Shown: positions 55,183-63,320 of the stretch, piece by piece
Position numbering within the stretch: position 1 is the first letter of the stretch
Layout of the letters: the number at the start of each line of letters is the position of its first letter
Source: a virus
IMG/VR virus record: IMGVR_UViG_3300046001_006524
Location: 5,205-69,204 of that record
Length of the DNA stretch: 64,000 nucleotides
Direction: 5' to 3' (one strand)
Position numbers and translations under genes: made by a program
Notes under the pieces: model-generated
Seen by the model: only the letters and a program-made list of their open reading frames with translations
Database searches by the model: none
What the model was told of the DNA's origin: nothing

Positions 55183-55794
55183 TTAGTATTGAGCGTGTAA
55201 GTCTATTTTTAAGTTTAATCTTTGAGCGTCTAACGCCTTTCTTAATTTTAGTTTCTCATTATTTTTAGAAACCATATTCCCAATATTTAATGCGGTTACT
55301 GGAATTATTACTGGTTTCATCTTTACTATTCTAATTGGTTTGGGAATACCATTTTTATCTAATGGGATTTTTTTGATTTTTTTTTCTTTGATTTTAAATC
55401 CCCTAACCGACAAGTGTCTTACGACACAATTTCTCGATACACCAAGCTCCAAAGCAATATTCGTTGGGTTTAAGGGTTTATTGAACATCTTGCACACCTC
55501 GCATAGCTTATGCTCTTTCTCTAATTTTTGAACAAGTTTAACGGCTCGCTCGTGGTCAATCGTAAACCATTCTCCGAGATATCTATAATCTTTAAGCAGT
55601 TTATGTAACTTCATCTCTAGCCCAAAAGGATTTTCTAGAAAAAAAGTATGATAGATTACTTTGAGTTCGCATCCACTTGATGATTTTAGCGATTCAACTC
55701 TTTTACTAACATTATTTGAAACACCAATTTTAACCCTTGACGTTTCTAAATTTAGTATTACGTATACGCACCTTGTGTCTTCTAATATTCTCAT
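55183..55794 (-). CDS. GIY-YIG (T5orf172/MUG113-like) domain plus HTH protein
   Basis: VYVI..VKIGVS..KRV..LE..LH..GEWF, then PTNIALELGVSRNCVVRHL (HTH). Confidence 0.8.
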   Translation of the reverse strand: MRILEDTRCVYVILNLETSRVKIGVSNNVSKRVESLKSSSGCELKVIYHTFFLENPFGLEMKLHKLLKDYRYLGEWFTIDHERAVKLVQKLEKEHKLCEVCKMFNKPLNPTNIALELGVSRNCVVRHLSVRGFKIKEKKIKKIPLDKNGIPKPIRIVKMKPVIIPVTALNIGNMVSKNNEKLKLRKALDAQRLNLKIDLHAQY

Positions 55795-55798
55795 AATA

Positions 55799-55875
55799 CA
55801 AATATAACCCTAATAGTTGGGTTATTTTATATATTTAGTATTATTTATTAACATTTAACCCACAATGTAGGGTTA
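55799..55875 (-). promoter_or_regulatory. promoter (TATATTTG, 55799-55806) with two TAACCC-N8-GGGTTA palindromes
   Basis: Palindromes at 55805-55824 and 55856-55875; the -7 element is 4 nt from the ATG. Confidence 0.7.
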
Positions 55876-55879
55876 TTTA

Positions 55880-56740
55880 TTTATACTTTTAATATTAATT
55901 TTTGATTTGTATCTTTTCTACCTTGCTTTTACCTCTTTTAAGGCTCTATACCGCACTAATACTACGTTTTAAGGTGTTTGTACCCAATGTTTTTAAAATG
56001 GGCTGTGGTTGTATGTATGTTTTTTTAAATGGTCTATGTGGGTATGTATGGGGCTATACCCTACATTATGTGAATTGTTTTGAATTTGGAAACTGTTTTT
56101 ATTTCAGGGGTGGGGGTGTTTTGTATCAGGATTCTTGTAAACTTTTGACTTTTTGTTGTGGTTCTGTCTGTTCTTATCGTCCAGTTAACTCGTTGTTAGT
56201 ATTGCCATAACTACTGCGTTATCTTCTGTATGCCTTGTATTCATTGAGGAAATTGAATTGTAATGTACTTACTTTCTCAACCATATCTAAACATCTCCAT
56301 ATTATGCAGTATTTATAGGGGTTTGTTGGTTGTGTTGATCTTTGTAGCGTGTTTGTTTCCTGGTGTCGTTTGGTTGGTTGGTATCGTGTGTATTATTGTG
56401 TTAATTCGTTTGTTTATAGGGGTTGTGCGTGTGTGTGTGCGTTACATTTATCATTAAATATTGCATCATATAACTAAATTAATTTGATGTTAAACCAATA
56501 GATGTTGCAACATATAATATAATATTGATTGTATTTTTTTTGTTTGGTTGTTCCCGCTTCGCGGGTTGTGTTCGTATGGTTGTTGTTCTCTTTGTTCTTC
56601 TACTGTTTCCCTTGCTTGTTTTGTTCTTTTATAATATGGCGAGGCGTTAAATTTCAGTATAAATTCAAGTATAAATAATCTTTATTAAAACTTATTTTAG
56701 TATAAGAAAATAGAATATTGTTGTGTCGGGCGTATAGTAT
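55880..56740. other. non-coding, G/T-skewed strand-switch region (candidate genome end / packaging region)
   Basis: No credible ORFs, TG-rich top strand, GGGGTGGGGG at 56107, and divergence point of the (-) and (+) gene blocks. Confidence 0.5.
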
Positions 56741-56747
56741 AATGATG

Positions 56748-56755
56748 TATATTTG
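56748..56755 (+). promoter_or_regulatory. early promoter -7 element (TATATTTG)
   Basis: TAnnTTTG upstream of the first (+) early gene. Confidence 0.7.
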
Positions 56756-56819
56756 TCATAAGTAATAATCACATTAACAATATAAATAATTAATACTAAC
56801 ATTTAAACCTTATAATATT

Positions 56820-57386
56820 ATGAAAACAATTGAAATACAACTTTACAAATTTGATGAGTTAAAAGAAGATGCACAACAGGAAGCGATAGACAACTTTATT
56901 AATAGAGAGAGAGAATATTTTTGGATGGAAGATGCCATTAACAGTTTAAAAAAGGGGTTGAATTTTTACGGTTTTGAAATGGGTAATAGATATAGTATTG
57001 ATTATTCAAGTGCCAATTGTAGTGATGCAGACATAAGAAGCGGATATAATAACGAAGAAGAAGAATTGCAAGGAGTAAGATTATGGAAATACTTAAAGAA
57101 TAATTTTGATACATACTACTGTAAATATTCAAAAAAGAACGAGAAAACTTTAGGCGGCAATTGTCCATTTACTGGTTATTGTGTAGACGAAAACTTTTTG
57201 GATCCGATTAGAGAATTTATAAAAGAACCGAAAGACATAACATTTTTTGAATTAATGGAGGAATGTACGCACGAAGTATTAAAAGCAATGGAGAATGATT
57301 ATGATTATCAAAATTCAGAAGAATATGCAAGGGAGGAATTAACGGAGAATGATTATGATTTTACTCAAAATGGTGAAATATATTAG
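56820..57386 (+). CDS. acidic early phage protein (YKFDEL..AQQEA..YDYQNSEE..NDYDFT.NG family)
   Basis: First early gene, strongly acidic, recurrent phage family of unknown function. Confidence 0.65.
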   Translation: MKTIEIQLYKFDELKEDAQQEAIDNFINREREYFWMEDAINSLKKGLNFYGFEMGNRYSIDYSSANCSDADIRSGYNNEEEELQGVRLWKYLKNNFDTYYCKYSKKNEKTLGGNCPFTGYCVDENFLDPIREFIKEPKDITFFELMEECTHEVLKAMENDYDYQNSEEYAREELTENDYDFTQNGEIY

Positions 57387-57740
57387 GACTATGAAAACAC
57401 TATCGCACAACCTTTGGATCATTGCGGACAAAATCTCTTATGCTGCGCCTATCCTCTTTTTATATTCCTTATTGGTTTATTCAACTATAAAAGGATTAAA
57501 CTATTTATTAACTTTTTTAAACTTATAATATTATGGCAAATCTAAAAACTTTAACAGCTCAACAAATTAATGAAGCGTTAAGCATTACTAACGTAATTAA
57601 ATACACAGGCGTTGCCGTTATACTCTTAACTGTCCTTTATAACGTTCTTACCTTTGGGTTTGTTCGTTCTTAATTATTATATTGCAAATCGTAAAAATTC
57701 AACCTAAAAAATAAACTAATAACAATCTAAATTTTAAATT

Positions 57741-58133
57741 ATGAAAACTTTAAACCACTCAACAAAACAAGAAATCGCAAGCCAATTAATTGACGCAATA
57801 AATGACGGCAGACTATTAGATATGGAAATTTCAGAAATACATAACGAGGTATTTAATACTGATTATTTCATTATAGGATATTATGAAGCAGAACAATGGT
57901 TAGTTAAAAATTATGGCATATTTGCAGCCATTGAAAAAATCACAGAATACGAAAATGATAATTTCGGAGAAGTGAACACAAAACTTGATAATTCTGAAAG
58001 TGTTTGTAATATGTTAGTGTACATTTTAGGGGAAGAATTAATGCAAGGACTTGACACAATCAGCGATAATTGGGATAAAAGACTAACTAAAAAGCTACAA
58101 AAACAACTTTTAAAAGAGTTAAACGAAATTTAA
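57741..58133 (+). CDS. Ocr-like acidic DNA-mimic / anti-restriction candidate
   Basis: 130 aa, helical and acidic. EIHNEVFNTDYFIIGYYEAEQW resembles the Ocr core, and it lies early in the (+) block. Confidence 0.45.
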   Translation: MKTLNHSTKQEIASQLIDAINDGRLLDMEISEIHNEVFNTDYFIIGYYEAEQWLVKNYGIFAAIEKITEYENDNFGEVNTKLDNSESVCNMLVYILGEELMQGLDTISDNWDKRLTKKLQKQLLKELNEI

Positions 58134-58219
58134 TTCACAATCTTACCCGCTTGCAATATGTTTGCTTCATTGGATCATAACCAAAGGCGGGAACTAAAAA
58201 CACTAAATACATTTTTATT

Positions 58220-58423
58220 ATGGCAAACATAAAATTAAATAGATTTTTAAAAGAACTTAAAACACCTGGATTTATTTTTTACTGTTCAGGCGTTAGAACA
58301 TACCATAACAATATTTTAAGCACTGGAATAAATTATACATCAAAAAACGGATTCACCTATTTAACAGCTTGTTTAGGTTATTTTAATGGGGTTGAATTTA
58401 TTCAAGGTCAGTTTAATAAATAA
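58220..58423 (+). CDS. hypothetical early protein
   Basis: 67-aa ORF. Confidence 0.45.
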   Translation: MANIKLNRFLKELKTPGFIFYCSGVRTYHNNILSTGINYTSKNGFTYLTACLGYFNGVEFIQGQFNK

Positions 58424-58985
58424 AATTAAGTAGATTATGAAAAAACTTTGTTTAAAATGCAATTGGATTGGAAGTAATCCAATACACGAAAAAAAAGAAA
58501 GCATAATAATTGGGTTTACTTATTCTATAAAATGCCCTAAATGCGGAAATGAATTTTTGGAAGATATAATACTATAAACTTTAAAACCTAAAAAATAAAA
58601 ATTATGAACTTTACAGAACTTAAAAAAGATTTAAAAGGATTATGCAAAGCCTACAATTTAGGCACGTTAAAAGGCTATAAAACGGAGAAAAACACACCTA
58701 TAAATAGTTTTGATACGGCAATTTTCACAACGAATGAAAGCAGTCAGGAATATAAATACCATTTTAAAAACTAAATTATGTTAGTCCTATCATCACCAAC
58801 AAAAGAAAGTTTACAAGCTGCCATAAATAAATTTTATTATTCTGATAACTATTTTATAAATTCAGATAATAGGGCAGAAAACACAAAAACGCTTAAAATT
58901 ATAGGCGAGATCAAAAAAGTTAAAAACCGATACCAATTTCACATTTAAAAAACTAAAAATATAAACCAAAATAAAAAGAAAAATT

Positions 58986-59246
58986 ATGAAAGCACAATTT
59001 ATTTACACGTATGAAGATGCACTTGACCAGGAAATAATTAACTATCCTATAATGGATAAAAAACATTTTAAAAGCAAAGAAAAACTAATTGATTTTGCCG
59101 TTCAAGAATTAGCACCGTCAGAAGTTGAAGAACTTGTAAAAATTTCAGCTTGCATATCATTAGACGAAAACGAAAAAATTAATCCTCCTCAATGGTATTT
59201 AGATTGTAACGGCAAATTTTATTTTGAAAACGGAAAACTAATATAA
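58986..59246 (+). CDS. hypothetical early protein
   Basis: 86 aa, AAAATTATG start context. Confidence 0.55.
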   Translation: MKAQFIYTYEDALDQEIINYPIMDKKHFKSKEKLIDFAVQELAPSEVEELVKISACISLDENEKINPPQWYLDCNGKFYFENGKLI

Positions 59247-59266
59247 AAAAACTAAAAAGAAAAATT

Positions 59267-59671
59267 ATGAAAACAAATGTAACTTTTAAAATAGTAAACG
59301 AAGATTTATTCAATGAATTAATCAGAGATATTGACACAAGCGGATTGAGCAGCTTAGGAAATGATTATCGCGGAAATGTAAAGGGATTTAAAGGAGATTT
59401 AGAAATTGAAGAAACAAACGAACAAGGATGGTACACGGTTTCTGGAGAATTTGGGGTAAATGATTATGCGGATCGTTTCGGCTTCATTCTTTGTAAAAAA
59501 GAATTTATTATTTGCGATAATACAGACAATTCAAATAAGCCTTATATTGGATTAGATGACAATAATACAGGCGACAGAGATACAGCTAAAACTTACGACA
59601 GCGAAGAAGAAGCAGAAGATGCTATAAAAGAAAATAATTGGAGTGATTGGGCTTATATTGAAGAAAAATAA
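59267..59671 (+). CDS. highly acidic early protein
   Basis: 134 aa, D/E-rich, AAAATTATG start context. Confidence 0.6.
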   Translation: MKTNVTFKIVNEDLFNELIRDIDTSGLSSLGNDYRGNVKGFKGDLEIEETNEQGWYTVSGEFGVNDYADRFGFILCKKEFIICDNTDNSNKPYIGLDDNNTGDRDTAKTYDSEEEAEDAIKENNWSDWAYIEEK

Positions 59672-59677
59672 AAAAGC

Positions 59678-59714
59678 AATAGGCGGGAATCAAAAAGAAT
59701 GAAACCCGCCTATT
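59678..59714 (+). other. intergenic hairpin (weak terminator or processing site)
   Basis: AATAGGCGGG-N17-CCCGCCTATT, without a long U-tract. Confidence 0.55.
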
Positions 59715-59829
59715 TATGAAACTAAAAGCACCTGGATAAAATTGCTATGAAACCCGATGCAAAGAGATAATTTCAACGTAGCAAAAGAAACACTAAAATA
59801 TTTATAAAACTAATAATAAAGCAAAAAAG

Positions 59830-60063
59830 ATGAAAAATACAATGAACACCGAGCAAAAAATGGAAGCCTTACAAAACGGTTTAAATTATTTCAATATTGG
59901 AAATTTAAAAGTTTACAAACACATTCCGAACGATAAAAGAAAAACAAAAAGTAAGTTTTTTATTCAAAAAGGTACGCATACTATTTCCCCAGCCTTAGAA
60001 TACAATGAATTAACACATTTTATTTTAGGAATGTCAAGAGCTAAACAATTAATCACAAACTAA
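59830..60063 (+). CDS. hypothetical early protein
   Basis: 77-aa ORF. Confidence 0.55.
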   Translation: MKNTMNTEQKMEALQNGLNYFNIGNLKVYKHIPNDKRKTKSKFFIQKGTHTISPALEYNELTHFILGMSRAKQLITN

Positions 60064-60429
60064 AAAATTATGAACACCGAAAACGAAATACCACAAACCG
60101 ATCCAAAGGATTATTTACCAATGCTTATTATACTTATTGTTTTAATTATTCTTATATGGAATTTCTAAAATAATATGGCAAATCGTAAAAATTCAACCTA
60201 AAAAACCTAAAAAATACTAAAATGAAAACATTTGAAGAAAGGGCAAAAGCCTATAACAAACAGATTAACAAAGAGATTAAAATAATGCAAGATGCTCAAC
60301 CTTATAAAATAGGTAAAAATAATAATGAATGGTTAAAAAAGCAAATCGAACAAATTTAACAAAAACCAAATTAACGGCACTAATCACCGTAAAAACCTAA
60401 AATAATAAACTAAAATAAAGACAAAAATT

Positions 60430-60654
60430 ATGAAAACAAAAATATTAAAAAGGATAGCATATTATAACGCAAAAAACAATAGATATCAATATGGAGAAGT
60501 GATAAAAATTGATGGCGATGATATTTATTGCTTAAATAAACCCGCAAAATTTGAATATAAAGAATCTTTAAATAAACTTATCGAATATTCAAAAGCAGAT
60601 AACCCTAACTGGAAAGGTGAAACTAAAAAACCGTTAATAATATTTAAATACTAA
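60430..60654 (+). CDS. hypothetical early protein
   Basis: 74 aa, AAAATTATG start context. Confidence 0.55.
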   Translation: MKTKILKRIAYYNAKNNRYQYGEVIKIDGDDIYCLNKPAKFEYKESLNKLIEYSKADNPNWKGETKKPLIIFKY

Positions 60655-60658
60655 AATT

Positions 60659-60847
60659 ATGAAACTAATATATGTAACAAAAAAGCAAGTAAGTACATAC
60701 ATTGAAAATCTTTTAAAACAATTCAACAATAATAAAGAAGAATTTAATAAGGAACTTGATTTTGCTATAAATGAATTAACAGAATGGGGTGGATCACCTA
60801 ATCAATTAAAGTTTTTTACAAGAGTAAAAACTCAACTAAACAAATAA
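60659..60847 (+). CDS. hypothetical early protein
   Basis: 62 aa, AAAATTATG start context. Confidence 0.5.
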   Translation: MKLIYVTKKQVSTYIENLLKQFNNNKEEFNKELDFAINELTEWGGSPNQLKFFTRVKTQLNK

Positions 60848-60864
60848 AACTAAAAGCAAAAATT

Positions 60865-61068
60865 ATGAACAAATTATTATTTAAATACGACAGAAATTTT
60901 AACGACAATATTATTCTTATAGCAAATAACCATAAGGATTTAGAAGATTATTTAAGAGCAAATTACGATTGGTTTAAAATTGCCGTAAACGATGATACCG
61001 TAAGAATTATTGAAAGAGAAGGTTATGAAACAGAGTTTGTAAATTTAGAATGGGTTAAACAAATTTAA
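60865..61068 (+). CDS. hypothetical early protein
   Basis: 67 aa, AAAATTATG start context. Confidence 0.5.
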   Translation: MNKLLFKYDRNFNDNIILIANNHKDLEDYLRANYDWFKIAVNDDTVRIIEREGYETEFVNLEWVKQI

Positions 61069-61309
61069 AGCCTTAGCCTTATGATATTCATCTTCATACT
61101 CCAATACACACTTTTAGCCGTAACTTTTATAATGGCAATCCTATATTTTTGGCAAAAAAGATACGAAAGAAAAAAATTTGTCAAAAAAAGTACGAATAAT
61201 TGATATTAATAGTATATATTTATCAAATGAAACGAACTATAATAATACTAATGCTCATAATATTAAGCATTTTACTCACTTCTTAAACAAACGAAAAATA
61301 AAACGAAAA

Positions 61310-61537
61310 ATGGAACTAAATAAAATTTATAGGGATAAATACAATAATCGCATAAAAGTAATTTCAGGCGATACCACAGAATTAAATAGAAAAATTGTTT
61401 ACGCTCAATTTATTGACCGAGTTACAAAAATAGCAACCCAAAAAGAATTTGCAGAAAACGTAAGACAAAATAAATTCACTTTCCAAACTTTTGCAATATG
61501 GCATTGGGAATACGAAAATTACACACTAATAAATTAA
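61310..61537 (+). CDS. hypothetical protein (start at ATG 61310 rather than TTG 61178)
   Basis: MELNKIYRDKY... with an A-rich leader; the upstream extension overlaps a palindrome and promoter-like region. Confidence 0.5.
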   Translation: MELNKIYRDKYNNRIKVISGDTTELNRKIVYAQFIDRVTKIATQKEFAENVRQNKFTFQTFAIWHWEYENYTLIN

Positions 61538-61729
61538 AACGAAAATCTAAATAAAGCGAAAAATGGGAAATTTCGATAAACAAATAGAAAACGCATTTAA
61601 TCAACCGATGTACGAATATCGTTACAGGTATTTACAAGACATTACAGGCACTATTTATACAAATTGGTGTACTGCTTCACAATTTGAAAATTGCTATCCT
61701 AATACTATTGTAATCGACAAACGTAACTA

Positions 61730-61945
61730 ATGGAAAATACATTTTCAAAAGAAATTCAAGATTTTATGATAAGCAAACGTGCCGCAATGGGTTTAAATCA
61801 AAAAGAATTTGCCATAAAAGCGTTTGGAGATGCTAAACATCAAGGCTGGGTTTGCCGTATAGAACAAGGACGTGGAATAACAGGTAAGACAGTAGATAAA
61901 ATTTGTACGGCTTTTAATCTTAAAATAGAAGTAACAGAAATTTAA
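61730..61945 (+). CDS. XRE/Cro-family HTH transcriptional regulator
   Basis: RAAMGLNQKEFA..WVCRIEQG..TVDKICTAF. Confidence 0.8.
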   Translation: MENTFSKEIQDFMISKRAAMGLNQKEFAIKAFGDAKHQGWVCRIEQGRGITGKTVDKICTAFNLKIEVTEI

Positions 61946-61949
61946 TATT

Positions 61950-62177
61950 ATGGCAGAATCAAAATTACCGTTAGAAAAAAGAGATAACACAATAGGACTT
62001 GAGGCTCTACAAAAAAAGCAAAAAGCACTTGCAAAATTAAATTTAGAATTAGGCAAAGAAGTAGAAAAGTCCAGGAGATTAAAAGGTTTTATTTGGGTTG
62101 GCTTAGGAAAAACGCAAAAACAGATCAATCCGAAACATTTAAAACGACATTTGCTTGAAAAGTGGTTTTTGATTTGA
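61950..62177 (+). CDS. hypothetical basic protein
   Basis: 75-aa ORF directly after the HTH gene. Confidence 0.5.
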   Translation: MAESKLPLEKRDNTIGLEALQKKQKALAKLNLELGKEVEKSRRLKGFIWVGLGKTQKQINPKHLKRHLLEKWFLI

Positions 62178-62240
62178 ATTTCCATCAGCCTAATATAAAC
62201 AGTAACTATAATGAATATGAACTTTTAAAAACGATAAATT

Positions 62241-62387
62241 ATGAAATTAAGATGGAAAATATTACTGACCTATAAAGGCGATTGGTTAATAGGTGAAAAA
62301 AACGAGTATAAAAAAGTATTACAGTATCAAAATACAGAAGGGGAAGAATGGACTGAAGTTGAAGTTGTAGGCGTAGATAGTTTTTAA
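62241..62387 (+). CDS. 48-aa protein inside segment A1
   Basis: MKLRWKILLTYKGDWLIGEKNEYKKVLQYQNTEGEEWTEVEVVGVDSF; the stop lies in the right inverted repeat. Confidence 0.55.
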   Translation: MKLRWKILLTYKGDWLIGEKNEYKKVLQYQNTEGEEWTEVEVVGVDSF

Positions 62388-62565
62388 TTGTTTATATGCC
62401 GTAGTTGGTAAATGTTTGGGGGCGTTAACGCATTATAAGTAAGTAAAGCAATAAAGCGAAGTAGTTAAAAACCGATAGGAAAAGTACAAGAAAATCAGCC
62501 CATATATTTTACAACTAAATAGAGCATAATTAGTTGCGTATAAATTAACTTAAAACATAATAAAA

Positions 62566-62706
62566 ATGGATTTAAAAGAAGTACAAAAAATAATAGAAAA
62601 ACTTGAAATGTTTAGATATGAAAATGTTTATACAAGTGAGCAAATAGAAAAAGACAAAAACTCTTTAAAAAAGCTAAAACAAGCAATTGATTATGCGCAT
62701 AGTTAG
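62566..62706 (+). CDS. 46-aa protein inside segment A2
   Basis: MDLKEVQKIIEKLEMFRYENVYTSEQIEKDKNSLKKLKQAIDYAHS; reads through the inverted repeat and stops at GTTAG. Confidence 0.5.
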   Translation: MDLKEVQKIIEKLEMFRYENVYTSEQIEKDKNSLKKLKQAIDYAHS

Positions 62707-62975
62707 TAGCTTTTTAGGAACGGTTAAAACATAGACAACAAATAAGACATTAAGTCTATGTTTAAAAATAGGTTTTGTAAAAATGTAAATCAGCCTAAAT
62801 TGCTACTAACGAACCCGGCTATGAGCCGTTTCAATGGCTTTTAGCCATTGTTGGAAGAAGTCTTTTTAGGCTTCTTAAACGGATTGTAGCCGGGTTCGTT
62901 GGAAGGAATCCTGAAAGGATTCCTTCCAACTGTAAGCGTATAAAATTAGATTTTAACAAATAAAAAACAAACATT

Positions 62976-63266
62976 ATGGAATTTGAAAAAAACATAAAAA
63001 GTAAATTACTAATGAGAGGATTTACACAAAAACAGATACTGAACAATAGAGGTTTAATAAGTGCTGTTATAGATGAAACAATACTTTTACAGACCAAAAA
63101 TTTAATTTTATGCGAAGTTAGCCGAAGTAAGCCAATTAAAGAAGATTTCATTTATAATGTTAGCGACCAACATATTTATATTGAACAAATGAATAAAGGG
63201 CGTTTGCAAGATATAGACAGATATTTAGATTTAACACAAACTGTCGAGGATAAGACAATAGGCTGA
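62976..63266 (+). CDS. 96-aa protein spanning segments A4 and B4
   Basis: The junction peptide NLILCEVSRS is encoded by the inverted repeat and GTTAGCCG site. Confidence 0.55.
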   Translation: MEFEKNIKSKLLMRGFTQKQILNNRGLISAVIDETILLQTKNLILCEVSRSKPIKEDFIYNVSDQHIYIEQMNKGRLQDIDRYLDLTQTVEDKTIG

Positions 63267-63320
63267 AATTAGTGGCTTATTACGGCTAACTATTAATATC
63301 AAAACAAAACCAAAACTTAA

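Larger units (their letters stand above)
57684..60205 (+). repeat. 28-bp intergenic direct repeat in the early region
   Basis: GCAAATCGTAAAAATTCAACCTAAAAAA at 57684-57711 and 60178-60205. Confidence 0.9.
62204..63290 (+). mobile_element. putative attC-like cassette array of alternating AAC..GTT and GTT..AAC inverted-repeat-bounded segments
   Basis: Junction triplets AAC 62204, GTT 62404, AAC 62513, GTT 62702, AAC 62808, GTT 62898, AAC 62928, GTT 63117, AAC 63288. Each segment has its own 12-20-nt imperfect terminal inverted repeat. Confidence 0.6.

Noticed and set aside
55902-56457. ORFs 55902-56210 and 56263-56457
   Set aside because: Their Cys/Val/Leu-rich translations are a by-product of the TG-skewed non-coding strand, with no A-rich start context.
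62831-63151. Minus-strand 106-aa ORF across the hairpin array
   Set aside because: It is antisense to the (+) cassette ORF and runs through palindromes, so it is probably spurious.
62204-63290. CRISPR array or tRNA cluster interpretation of the hairpin region
   Set aside because: There are no identical direct repeats with regular spacers and no cloverleaf or T-loop consensus.
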